Under the pieces are notes generated by a model. That model worked only from the letters and a program-made list of their open reading frames with translations. It ran no database searches and was not told the DNA's origin. A program made the position numbers and the translations under genes. A stretch of 64,000 nt of DNA from a virus. Position 1 is the first letter of the stretch, and the number at the start of each line of letters is the position of its first letter. The stretch covers positions 64,001 through 128,000 of the IMG/VR virus record IMGVR_UViG_3300035670_000022, one strand, 5' to 3'. Positions 44,601 to 52,114 of the stretch are shown here, piece by piece.

Positions 44601-47599
44601 CAAGAGCCTTCTTCGATTTCTTCTTGTTTACGCTTTTCTAGAGCAAACACAGTGTCGAGAAGTTGTTGCCCATAGTCACTACTTGAGTCTATTCCCATTG
44701 CATCTAGGCGGCGCGAGTAGTCTGCGTAGGTAAACATAGATAATCCCTGAATGGAGTTAAACAGCTGCATGGAATACGGAGTAGACACGCCGCCTTTGAC
44801 TTGAACTAAGCCACCTAGCATTTCGTCTGGGTTTAGAGTTGTCGGGCGGGCACTCTCCGAGGCACCGCGCAGTAAAGGTAATCCATCTTTGTCCGTTAGA
44901 TACTCTGTGTGTTCTACGGGCATCTCGCTTAGCAAGAAGCCTCTTGTGTAAATAAAGTCATCCTTCTCGCTGAAGTGAATATCTTCTACTTCTGGGGTTA
45001 ACCCGTATAACGGGCGCTTCCATGCAAGTTGTCCTTGGCTGTAACTTAACTCATGGGATTGCGGATAGATCTCAATCAATCTGGTATACAGCTCACTCTT
45101 GCGCTGCTGCATTGTTCTCTTGAAGAAGCTACTTGCTACTGCATTAAACGAGATGACGTTTCCTACTTCTTGACTGCGTTTTGTTATGGCTCCTACGTTT
45201 TTACTTAGCACTAGCTCTTTGTATGTGCTTAACTTTTGTTGGGACTCAGCTTCGGTAAATCCAGCGGATCTTAGTGCTAACAATGTTGCGCTGTCGCCTT
45301 GCTCTAATAACTTCTTCAGAGAATGCAGCATTATTCTCGTATTTTCTTCATACGCCATGCCCTGATTCATTGTGTAGACAATGCCGCCAAGTACCTGCAG
45401 AGCGTCTAGAGATACACTTTCTCCTGACTGTATGACTTTAGGGCCGCTGCTGCGATTATACGTATCGAACATGGCTGATTCGACTGCAACTGTCCTTGTG
45501 GATTTGTTCAACCACTCCATACCAGTAATGACGCGGTTACCTTTGTTGATATAAACTACGGGCACTTCATTAACGACTTGCTGTCCCGTCATCGGGTCAT
45601 ATCTCGACTCTTGCGTGCTGCCTATGGTCACACTAAACCGGAATACGTTTTTCAGGACGATGTCTAACCCGGTTGCTTCTCCTTGCATGTTGTATCGTTT
45701 GGAGAATCTAAATGGGTGTGATCTATCTTGTTGTCTACTTTCTTTACCCCCCAAAGCGGTGAGCATCTCTACGGCTGCTGAGACCTGTTTACTGTCTCCT
45801 TTACTTTCTACATAGAGTCCCCTGTTTGACATCTTTGACATCAAACCACTTCGGTAGTAACTCAGCGTCTCTTCGTTGTTGAGATTTAGGTCTTGGATAT
45901 CTCGTTCACCTAGGAAGATACCTGCTTCAATGTTTCTTGCATAGGAAGTAAACGATAGGTTAGCAGACGAGACTTCTAGCATCTCCAGTTTGTCTAACTC
46001 TTTACTCAGGACCGCAAAGCCTTTAGAGTGTCTGAGTTGTGTTGGAGCAATGGAGGCAGAGCTGCTTATAATTTCTTTGATTCTTGCTTTTGTCTTACTT
46101 GAGTCTTCCTCTCCAAACAGATCAAATACTTGTTTGTCGTCGTTCAGTCGGTCGAAGATGGAATATATACCCTCCCCTTCGTTGCGGCTGTTCTGTGTTG
46201 TGACTAACGTTAAACGTCCTTGTTGACTCAGACTTTCTATAACCTTGAAGAAACTTTTTTTATAGGCTAGAAAAGCAGACGACCCTTCTTGGTCTGTTAC
46301 TCCGTGTTTAGCCCCGAATAGAGTCGACTCTAAATATTGTACGGATAGAATTACTTGAGACTCTGACGGTGACTTACTGAGTCTTCTCAGATGTCTTAAA
46401 CGTGTTTCGTGAACGTCTCTATTTAGTTTGACGAATTGACTTGTCTCTTCTAGAGTGCTTTCAATCAACGACTTTCTAAATGCCTGTTGAGTTAAGCGTC
46501 TAGCCCCAAGAGACGTTAAGTCTTTACCCGCAGTGCTAAACATTGCATCTGTGGCGGCGCCTATTTCTCTTAACACAGACAGCATCTTGTCTTTGGCTTC
46601 TTTATTGCTATCGGCAACCATGTCCATACTCAAGAAGAGAGCCTCTTCAAGAGAGTCTCGGTTACGCAGCGTATCCGTTCTGTTTTGGCTTCCTATGGTA
46701 CCGGCAACGATATTCTTATTATCGTCATAGTAGTAACCTAACTTGGCGTGGAAGGCAGGGGTTATTAATTGACCTTCATTTCTCAGAGTCACTTTATTGG
46801 CGTTAACATTGGTGCCTTCAAAAGCCGAGAGGCTAACTTCGTTACCTCCTAACACGCTTAGCATTCTTTTTGTAGCGTTTTGACTCTGTTCTTCTCTATC
46901 CTTAACGACTATCGGACGAACACCTTGGGTCAATATGTCTGTTTTGACCTCTGGCCCTCGACTCATTAATCCACCAATATAGGAAGATTCTTGAAGTTGA
47001 TAGACAGACTCTCTTAGGTTTAGTCCCTTGTGCTCTTCTTGAAAGGCGTTCCAGTCTCTGTCGATAGGTCTTTGAACCAGACCGCGTGGTGGTTTATAGA
47101 GAGTGATATCCGACTGTTCTTGATTTGATCCGATAATCGAACCTGTTTTACCTATGGTTCTGTTGTAGATACCTGTTCCAGTGACTCTTACTGAATTTCC
47201 ATACCGGCTATAAATACTCTGATTGATGACGGATAGTTGACTTTGCCTGGCAGACAGACTAGAACCACCCTGAGCGCCGTATACAGCGTCTGCTGCTTCT
47301 CCTATATATTGCTTAGCAGAATTGTAGGGTTGCAGCCCTCCTGATTCGAAAGAGTTGAACTGATCTCGGATTGGACTGTTATGGTCCATGTTCCAAGCGA
47401 TGTGACTTTGCATAGAGGCCTGCACGCCTCTTGCCCTACCCGGGTCTCCACCCTCATCGTCTTGGGTGATGTATTGATTTGCTTCTTCGTTTAAGTTCTC
47501 TAGGTCTTCACCGGCACTACTATCCTCGTCCTCTGCATTACCAGCAGAAGCCTCCAACTCTTGTTCTGGGTCGTTATAATTTGTGTCCTCTTCTCCCAC
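35630..47599 (-). CDS. 3989-aa putative virion protein: tandem PLD domains, double-psi-barrel RNA polymerase core and helical tape-measure-like C-terminus
   Basis: HAK...D...GSQN (aa 284) and HSK...SSAN (aa 524); NRQGAP (aa 2693); LGDYDGD (D at aa 2753); Ala/Gln/Glu-rich helical C-terminus with hydrophobic stretches; structural gene context. Confidence 0.65.
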   Translation of the reverse strand: MGEEDTNYNDPEQELEASAGNAEDEDSSAGEDLENLNEEANQYITQDDEGGDPGRARGVQASMQSHIAWNMDHNSPIRDQFNSFESGGLQPYNSAKQYIGEAADAVYGAQGGSSLSARQSQLSVINQSIYSRYGNSVRVTGTGIYNRTIGKTGSIIGSNQEQSDITLYKPPRGLVQRPIDRDWNAFQEEHKGLNLRESVYQLQESSYIGGLMSRGPEVKTDILTQGVRPIVVKDREEQSQNATKRMLSVLGGNEVSLSAFEGTNVNANKVTLRNEGQLITPAFHAKLGYYYDDNKNIVAGTIGSQNRTDTLRNRDSLEEALFLSMDMVADSNKEAKDKMLSVLREIGAATDAMFSTAGKDLTSLGARRLTQQAFRKSLIESTLEETSQFVKLNRDVHETRLRHLRRLSKSPSESQVILSVQYLESTLFGAKHGVTDQEGSSAFLAYKKSFFKVIESLSQQGRLTLVTTQNSRNEGEGIYSIFDRLNDDKQVFDLFGEEDSSKTKARIKEIISSSASIAPTQLRHSKGFAVLSKELDKLEMLEVSSANLSFTSYARNIEAGIFLGERDIQDLNLNNEETLSYYRSGLMSKMSNRGLYVESKGDSKQVSAAVEMLTALGGKESRQQDRSHPFRFSKRYNMQGEATGLDIVLKNVFRFSVTIGSTQESRYDPMTGQQVVNEVPVVYINKGNRVITGMEWLNKSTRTVAVESAMFDTYNRSSGPKVIQSGESVSLDALQVLGGIVYTMNQGMAYEENTRIMLHSLKKLLEQGDSATLLALRSAGFTEAESQQKLSTYKELVLSKNVGAITKRSQEVGNVISFNAVASSFFKRTMQQRKSELYTRLIEIYPQSHELSYSQGQLAWKRPLYGLTPEVEDIHFSEKDDFIYTRGFLLSEMPVEHTEYLTDKDGLPLLRGASESARPTTLNPDEMLGGLVQVKGGVSTPYSMQLFNSIQGLSMFTYADYSRRLDAMGIDSSSDYGQQLLDTVFALEKRKQEEIEEGSWDRVKQKAVMLYTPYDKTEQNIQRLKNLKSVRPFLPANLDFASFLRSFGAEDESGFMQKTQEAAKAGIDIEGSDLVGGVIPFGLPSAQFELLKKYQMENPDADIVKYARSIAIDTDEVTQGFIEAPKLVMVNMGINEMSDYSYLNTEYANSNENAYLKTYRSQTALSTKEMNMTPAQFNALIREKLQVGTIFVARDVKLQDAPHLSETNRQLENKVLTFIKLTSDIGEMQYSIDKDFSMENLKSADIKKALKEMRRLSQEGHKSVSFAEAVDFREGGFVLKKGVYQMKSSTDGWLKKIGSLNDGENAFYIDGINTYTSLGEKSRIQPFRVKAPAYSGREMNAISYLYKTPTSSEQDLRSNMVTYNLEMVNIADLKTGQRTAEAKGPFKGTNRDYFLEIGAVYGSEVGYENLPTEITGKEIFAAITMGQMKGFVFKAGLGFLREGEKSNTWKMITDTDQQTAGYKIAEALSLMMLGDTTSGATETNKISALLKGAYERGAISNRRQAQSALKLIVEGTASAKNLAQKNQSDKLQRDFAPTIAVYEGIMSLVDEGEVESGKTPEQALIDTIGAALKAGKEGDAARAKLAQKTENLFKTTRDQYGKQMPDGGYYYDETKSRSASVMAFFLNAAKDVLTDINPERRLLGKAVTEIAYNTDGFFGVYLKNEEVARKVDREISTVFNKIILGIENEKGQLNPMQKAVHERKISSLEEMKKQSIAYMSDTAIDFKDKSIEGLMNAAGVENDLFMSKAYTPGIRKNLTEIFMNYGGLDAESLLLYRDQEYGKEANVYRKAVRQQTLALGIEMPSIERIWKLQDKSSRTDTEASELETLQNELQNTLTMMRGLGQFGLRMALPFDMTINKITVPTGMEDTTALEGHYANALTDKQLQLYTYSGDDKEKARSLQQTMVILGSMLQEGLGTTLDQSDVSEMYSIRRTNAILMGYKNYTDLENESESGIDAQTAGDRARRNRMRRAIKQEVETNVFSLSFSQSYGDFTARSRDNVFPRYVSSRAKDIAPAEEVFFQFIRSDAEGYESALQQMEWSRRVSSDRTNLDRTERARAITKDYLRRLKNSETIVGGQVEDLLSGITDRALSQLSSLQEVEAAMFSSSLIENDPGVTEADATIENWADKLSPDTTKRAIAILKSRKIAVPDNATKEDIAKIVKEQKGTIRSLPVEDQLELASLGFTEMALVLGDGTGSLSEVELTRLSADTKRTAFVQLLLREKFKEVLKTQTGLTASQTLSETSTLINNLTSIEERVSAYIKDAPEIQERLLYNLIKNEVDTKLKQSADIDPGKEYIQGKQKLREYARQFLEAGLGTTEEQSRARSIIDSVDKTYSVTIPVLQIQPSPTDEGTYKAQIMPETEIEGWMLGLDVLERMSLVFPGHTHEALRAQYGLADSLARANDTGLFEEMAQAVMERREVNLSAEQLDVYNTLVNSAEIAKEQTLHLSKNKDTFRQTMADRLSLTGSSFIAMNSFLVGQSEVALGSRIDTLLKENSGSGLRTLMDTIVDRLIDSHQKAVSSETVRIDNRIAELSAATDPESSAEISRLREDRQRLVNDLILDPNSQNRIVQSTIKYAQLTANILQNLSDVIQGPDAKTFSYEDLLERVKEPVFQKEQQAAQAAEEAANAKKAAGAVESENAAKPREEPRSRYVRGQDLKEALISDIGGEPTDDGYKQLESVVFRSMVTANRQGAPSGTFHTFGNAHQQISPEEMAKRAKLFGSLQSPDLATSNTGMFISSLGFQFTQLGDYDGDSFQAAFTKMADSTREVVDAFDKVKKAEAEFYASEENQDAPHSIIRMSAVGAQTRSLNKLTQTINDYVEKLEVLAELRQEVENRGVEKVRNYITDFMALPAEFMEGLSYGVGAITDEDIPSLIKQSRDTQANFYGNQNKVQSSLGRALATVSDITLNQDIGITFREGAADDKLQQAYTETLNKVGKDFIEYSTDAELRSFNQASIKEKSQKLIEFSALMSQRLAALGDLGKVSSKVAGSLLNTSAFANIQAIVGSTGTGLLGKTYNTVVPLLGMAVSDLASMRAMKEAADGTDDKMGTAFVEALQRQQLVLRQRLQNAETAKEQTAAQTQLDIFNDLLQKYQDKQTVPYKIAEAETQKRLNATFGLLLDVQQFLRDAALKPKKGGSVALEAAEFEYTYETQSGERKTLVGLDTIMNTVDEVERSKVMERFIGTRAGAVLAQDYGFEFKEDGKVVVSDNKLDTSELRVFAALEMVNEYLSGKKTATEMLKESTFAGFFRQRKEQMIEQDPDRPIPTDEFIVQTTLADSLAKFRSEFIYNAVLEAADYKPMLQKFAERLQDGYSEENLRTRTLAYEETLRGIYEQQMPDGASQLTKDVEADINSRTQSWRAEQERVRDVIAAAATRADSNANTTLGEEVFRSLIEYQTQREAQIYVGTDTEAGLFDQLISLNRAVQGLQSGQYATPGTAQQYEIAQTAILYNISRGKLEGTTFNESIFRLATEVQSVGGSAEAVGALLAVGGGTSLPGLMEFIQQQAQERAGGDTSRADELVRQSLVTLGEILTTQVETGATQRQSVAEIIAEKSVVSASSSKIQQELAALNDLELEARQRIQEGASDEEASETLDVIKRYREERQKRLESVQSNPQEAVNRLNEDFDPVAQALNDVQEQIGKNVAESIKAQHMQKKSQNITKVQEEAYQKQVRSNTLSLLAVPLLFSVMSGDVPITDRVAELARNMIESALTLSQQQGSVTQRILSGEGSGTVLAETLRPPNRQVENPVTISPDEPLTRDTVRTERQRRTAARTAQTIEPDVDEKPTQTSYLEKEQEDAERNTGRANYLLRVARAREFMFSAEGKPAGLAQSVAFEALNTAGAYASSQFAQNTRLLRDDSVLGRGALEVMGGVVGMALANVVTKRPITGTDFTYDAAFDLTVQAVSNVKDNVIAASRRALAEAINGEDIDITDGYTGESLEAILAEGDFMFDDDNTSLSAVERVMITEGMLEEEESLPIEQGED

Positions 47600-47747
47600 T
47601 TCAACCCTCTATTACGATTAGTTTTGTTTTTATCTCTAGTGCCCCGTGTAAGCTAGGGTGTAGATAGTACCTTATAAACCCAGACTAGCCGAGTTCTTTA
47701 TTGCTGTCCTTAAGGTCTGTCTCTACTTTAATTCTGACCTATCTAAT

Positions 47748-48518
47748 ATGAAAAACGCTCGCGTTCAAACCATCCCTAAAGAGAAACTTAGCGGCGGATA
47801 TGCTGTTAACATCTATCGCCCTTTGTATAAGGACTATAGCCAAGCAATGAAGCTATACCCGGCTGAGTCTCGGGAGAATCCTAACGGACCCGGCTACACC
47901 TTTGAGGAATTTCTCTGTGCTTTATGCATCAGAGATGCTAATGGTGCTGAAGTTGACAATGCACCTAAAGACGCGATCGAGCGCTTTGCTCAAGTTCAGC
48001 TCAAAGATAAACAGTATATTAGCCGTACTTTTATTACTGCTTTCTTGATGACTCAAGACTTACAGGATGAAGCTGAAGCGCTGGCTGATACGCTAATGGA
48101 TATCGATCCCTATTCGTTAACCTATACGATTACCAAAGACCAGCTACCCTGGGGGAGTGCAGATTTCACTTTTCACCGACCCAGCTCTTCTGTACAAATC
48201 TCTGTAACCAAGAACTACACTTCGCCTCGCGTCAACGGCTGTGCATGGGAAGAGATGTTTCTTGTCTCTTGTATGCAGCAAATTAACGGCGAGGCCCTTC
48301 CGGAGACAGCTAATCCTATTAGCCACTTCTATGACCTGGAGGTGCTGGATGTGCAGTTTGTTGCCGCTACGTTTATTAAGATGTTCAGCATGGGCATGAA
48401 CGAGCGTAAAGACGCAATGGATTTGGGAAAGTCTTGGCGAACCAAAATTTCGCAGCCGTCTCCCGACTCCAAACCCAAAAGTGCTTCACTAAAGGCACCG
48501 ACTCCTTCTACAACCTAG
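47748..48518 (+). CDS. Putative tail assembly chaperone (gpG-like)
   Basis: In-frame G GGA AAG slippery site at 48425-48431; two internally repeated halves (FEEFLCALCI / WEEMFLVSCM). Confidence 0.6.
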   Translation: MKNARVQTIPKEKLSGGYAVNIYRPLYKDYSQAMKLYPAESRENPNGPGYTFEEFLCALCIRDANGAEVDNAPKDAIERFAQVQLKDKQYISRTFITAFLMTQDLQDEAEALADTLMDIDPYSLTYTITKDQLPWGSADFTFHRPSSSVQISVTKNYTSPRVNGCAWEEMFLVSCMQQINGEALPETANPISHFYDLEVLDVQFVAATFIKMFSMGMNERKDAMDLGKSWRTKISQPSPDSKPKSASLKAPTPSTT

Positions 48519-48973
48519 GCACCACTAGGACACCTAGTCCGGAGTGTCTTGAATGTACCTACTTCGATCTGTGGGGGGCTTTTTCTCCGTTACCGCAGTC
48601 TTACCCTCCCCTCCGTCTTAAAAATTTTGATATTTCTAAGTTGGAGTCTATACGGGTTGAACGGGAGTTTACTAAGATGTCTGCTTGTAAAGAGTGGAGT
48701 CAGAAGTTAGACCTTCCTGGGTACGTTCAAGTCTGTGCAGTGACCTACGTGACTTTGTTTGAGTGGCTTGGCTGCGACTCTTGGTTTTACCGAAAGTATG
48801 GCTTACCTGACATAATTCAGGAAGCACTCAAATATGAGTGTCGTCGCGTTGTTGACGACATTAATAAAAAGAGGGAAGAGGAAGTCACTAAGCTGAAGTT
48901 AGACGGTCAAACCGCTAATCGGCACTCTACCATGCGCACCGGGGCGAATCCTCTAGACAAAGTCTTTAAGTAG
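48434..48973 (+). CDS. -1 frameshift extension (gpT-like) of the tail chaperone
   Basis: Lies exactly in the -1 frame after GGGAAAG; only a TTG start without an RBS. Confidence 0.55.
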   Translation: MANQNFAAVSRLQTQKCFTKGTDSFYNLGTTRTPSPECLECTYFDLWGAFSPLPQSYPPLRLKNFDISKLESIRVEREFTKMSACKEWSQKLDLPGYVQVCAVTYVTLFEWLGCDSWFYRKYGLPDIIQEALKYECRRVVDDINKKREEEVTKLKLDGQTANRHSTMRTGANPLDKVFK

Positions 48974-48982
48974 GAAATCTAA

Positions 48983-50446
48983 ATGTTAAACGGCGACATT
49001 ATTTTTAGTGATAAGCGGCAAGCTAGGGGCAAGTTTTCACAGCAAGGCAGTTTTACCTTTCAAAACACCCTGCGCCGTCCCTTGCTTGCACAGCTTCGCC
49101 TATACGAAAGAATGTGGCGCCAAGATTTAACGATTAAGTCTGCGGTACAAGCCCGTACTCAATGGCTGTTAGGCACCATTGGTGAGGTCGAGCATCCAGA
49201 CAAAGAGATTGCTGCTTTTCTGAATAACAACATCAAAGAGTTACAACAGGAGAATGGGCGCTCTTGGACAGATATCTTAGAGGTTATTGAGCAGACTACT
49301 TACTGGAGTGGGTTTTCTGCTTCAGAGATCATGTTTGACCTTAAGTTTGGCGCTCTATACCTAAAAGATATTTTGACGTATCACCCAACCTCCATTGTTA
49401 TCCATGCGGATAAGAAGGGGCAGTTGGTTCATGGAAAAGAAACCATAGACGGTGTTCGAAGATCCGGCATCTGGCAGCTGTCTACGGGACCTCTATCTAA
49501 AGAGGTGCACTTAGATTTGTGGAAAGTCATTTATTTAGCTAATGAGTCAGACTATGGTAACTACTATGGTCGCTCTTTAATCGGTGCTTCTTATAAGTGG
49601 CATCGTCTTAAAGAGGCTCTTATAGACATGATGGCAGCCAACTTAGACAAATCTGGCAATAAGATGCTGTGGGTAAGAATGCCTAGTTACCCAACAGATG
49701 AGGTTCGTGTCAGTCCTACTACAGGAGAAGAAGCCTTTATTAACTCTATCGAGTTAGTTAAAGAGCAGTTTGAAGCAGCGGAGGGGATACCTGAAGTTGT
49801 TTTCTTACCTTATCAGCAGTCGGATATTAAACCAGAGATAGGGAGTGAGACTCTACAGGATCAAGTGGGAGACACCTTCATTAAGGCGATTGAGTACGCA
49901 GATCATCAATCTATCAAACACATCATTCCGTCTTTCCTGCTGGGCAGCAACATGACTGGCAGCGACTCTCAAAACTCTATAAAAGTCGAGCGTCAAGTAG
50001 AGCTATTCACAAACTCGATTGAGATGGATCGTAGTCGTCTCTGTAACGCGTTGGTGCGGAAGGTGTTTCAGCCTTTGATGGAGTGGAACTTTAGTCGGGC
50101 TTCGACTAAGGTACCTCCTACTTTTGCTCGGGTTTATTCAGATAGATCTGAAGACCGTGTTGCCACAATGCAGATGATTAAAGGTCTTGTTGAGTCTGCC
50201 GTCTTGAACCCGCGTAGCGATGAGGATTATCGCAAGATTATGCAGATGCTGCGTCTGGGTACCCGCGAGCGCACTAAGGACGATAAGTTATTTATTCAAC
50301 AAATGCTTATCACACCTAGAGAGAAGAATCCTCGACCTGACGATGTGGGTCCTAGTGGGTCGGGTTCTCCAGGTCGGACAACTGGAAGTCGTCCTAAACA
50401 AATTGATAAGAAAGAGACGCCGGCTCCTGCCAAGAAGGATAGCTAG
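48983..50446 (+). CDS. Portal protein (Mu gp29/DUF935-like)
   Basis: D.TIKSAVQAR, WSGFSASEIMF, GNYYGRSLI; size and context. Confidence 0.75.
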   Translation: MLNGDIIFSDKRQARGKFSQQGSFTFQNTLRRPLLAQLRLYERMWRQDLTIKSAVQARTQWLLGTIGEVEHPDKEIAAFLNNNIKELQQENGRSWTDILEVIEQTTYWSGFSASEIMFDLKFGALYLKDILTYHPTSIVIHADKKGQLVHGKETIDGVRRSGIWQLSTGPLSKEVHLDLWKVIYLANESDYGNYYGRSLIGASYKWHRLKEALIDMMAANLDKSGNKMLWVRMPSYPTDEVRVSPTTGEEAFINSIELVKEQFEAAEGIPEVVFLPYQQSDIKPEIGSETLQDQVGDTFIKAIEYADHQSIKHIIPSFLLGSNMTGSDSQNSIKVERQVELFTNSIEMDRSRLCNALVRKVFQPLMEWNFSRASTKVPPTFARVYSDRSEDRVATMQMIKGLVESAVLNPRSDEDYRKIMQMLRLGTRERTKDDKLFIQQMLITPREKNPRPDDVGPSGSGSPGRTTGSRPKQIDKKETPAPAKKDS

Positions 50447-50841
50447 GGCAATTCGATTCCTAGCATCTTTTCTATTCTTTCTAGGCGGACGGCAAGTCCT
50501 TTAATTGTCTCAGTGTATGGAGCCGGGTTGTCTAACAGCCAGGCTTCTATTAGTTTTATCTGGTTTATTTTCATCTTTTGTGCTCTAACGGCTTTCTGCC
50601 GCCAGAACTGGTATTCTTCGTCTTCTTTCTGCGTAAAGTTTCCATAGGCTGCTCTCTCAATATCTTTCTCGATAAACTGGGAGTCGATGTTCTGGATATC
50701 TAGCTCTAAACTCTTTATGGCTAAATAGGCCTGTTCATGGGTCTCAGGAAAGTCTATAGAGTCAAAATAGTAAGTAGGCAGCGTATGGAAAGTCTCTCTG
50801 TACGGTGACCAACGATGATCGCGGGGAGGCTGGTTAGACAT
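50443..50841 (-). CDS. Hypothetical coiled-coil protein
   Basis: ORF in an operon with dut. Confidence 0.65.
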   Translation of the reverse strand: MSNQPPRDHRWSPYRETFHTLPTYYFDSIDFPETHEQAYLAIKSLELDIQNIDSQFIEKDIERAAYGNFTQKEDEEYQFWRQKAVRAQKMKINQIKLIEAWLLDNPAPYTETIKGLAVRLERIEKMLGIELP

Positions 50842-50860
50842 TTAAAATCTAAATGTGATT

Positions 50861-51514
50861 CTAAACACCAGTATGCCCAAAGCCCCCCTTTCGGATAGTC
50901 TCATCCAGACACTCTTCTAGGACCTCTTCTGGTGTCCAGGAGCTTTGGGCAATTAAGATTTCGTAGGCACCTTGGGCAATGCGAGCACCGTGTCCAAAGA
51001 AGTGTGTAGATTTCCCCTGATTTTCTAAAATCACTCCTACATCATCTCGGTAGTAGCAATCGATTAACCCAGGCGAATTGGTTACAAAGATACCGTGCTT
51101 AGCCGCTAATCCACTACGAGAACTAATTCTGTAGCAGGCAGTAAATGGATCTGGCAGTTCTGGAAGTGCAATCTTAAATCCCGCTTTGATTACCCGTCGC
51201 TCTCCAGGAGGAAGTAAAACAAAAGCGTAGCCATCTTCTACTTTCAATGCAGATAGTAACGAGTTGTCTTTTAATGGCTTGCCGTTGACGTATATCTCCT
51301 CTTTGGGAGTGAACAGCTGCAGCTTCTTGAGTTCGTCTTTAAGTTCTGCTTCTGTTTTGTGCTGGGGAATCCAGGCCTTAATGTCTGCAGCGGCATCTTT
51401 TGCATGGGCACACTGGGGTAGCCACTCCGCACTCTCCGCTGTAAATCTTGGCATCAACAAGTCTTTAAGCTCTTGTAGAATACCTTGTTTCTGTATATTC
51501 GTGAAACTTAGCAC
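50861..51514 (-). CDS. dut: Trimeric dUTPase with an insertion after motif 1
   Basis: SRSGLAAKHG, PGLIDCYYR, RIAQ, RKGGFGHTG. Confidence 0.92.
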   Translation of the reverse strand: MLSFTNIQKQGILQELKDLLMPRFTAESAEWLPQCAHAKDAAADIKAWIPQHKTEAELKDELKKLQLFTPKEEIYVNGKPLKDNSLLSALKVEDGYAFVLLPPGERRVIKAGFKIALPELPDPFTACYRISSRSGLAAKHGIFVTNSPGLIDCYYRDDVGVILENQGKSTHFFGHGARIAQGAYEILIAQSSWTPEEVLEECLDETIRKGGFGHTGV

Positions 51515-52114
51515 TTAGTATCTCCGATGTTTTTGATTTAGAATAGCTTTCACTGTGTGTAGGTGTAGACACACACCATTTCTTTCATACTCTGTACAGG
51601 TACAGGTAAAAGCGCTGGTGGCGACGGGTATACCTTTATAGGGATAAACCTCAAAGTGACTGCCTTTAATCTCTCGAAAAGTATAACCCTGTTTTAAACT
51701 CTCTATAGCAATAAGGTTTTGATAGTCTCTCTCCTGGGTACTCTTGTCGACTGGAATTGACAAAGAGGTAGTCCCTAGTTGATAAGTTACTACCCCGCCT
51801 TTGAATTGGCAGCCGCTTATTTTCTTATCGGCTATTTCATCTAGGACATACTCCCACACCCACTGCTCTAAAGTTAGAGACTCCTTTTTCCCTCTAATAC
51901 TCTGCACGGTTTTGTGATTGTCGTATGTGTGTAGAGCTTTGCATATTAAAGCATCTGGCATTTGTTTAATAGAGAGTCGAACCACTTTATCAGTCTTGTC
52001 TTTAGGCTCTACGTATAGACAATCTTCTTTGTTGCTATATTCTGGGGTTAGGTACTTTGTAAGTAATCTGGACAGAGTGTCTGCCTTTGCTAGAAGGTAA
52101 GGGTAGCTGAGCAT
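51515..52114 (-). CDS. SWIM zinc-finger protein
   Basis: CTCx8CxH near the C-terminus; promoter motif at 52140-52153. Confidence 0.7.
   Translation of the reverse strand: MLSYPYLLAKADTLSRLLTKYLTPEYSNKEDCLYVEPKDKTDKVVRLSIKQMPDALICKALHTYDNHKTVQSIRGKKESLTLEQWVWEYVLDEIADKKISGCQFKGGVVTYQLGTTSLSIPVDKSTQERDYQNLIAIESLKQGYTFREIKGSHFEVYPYKGIPVATSAFTCTCTEYERNGVCLHLHTVKAILNQKHRRY

Noticed and set aside
36726-46806. Short plus-strand ORFs within the 3989-aa gene
   Set aside because: Antisense shadows
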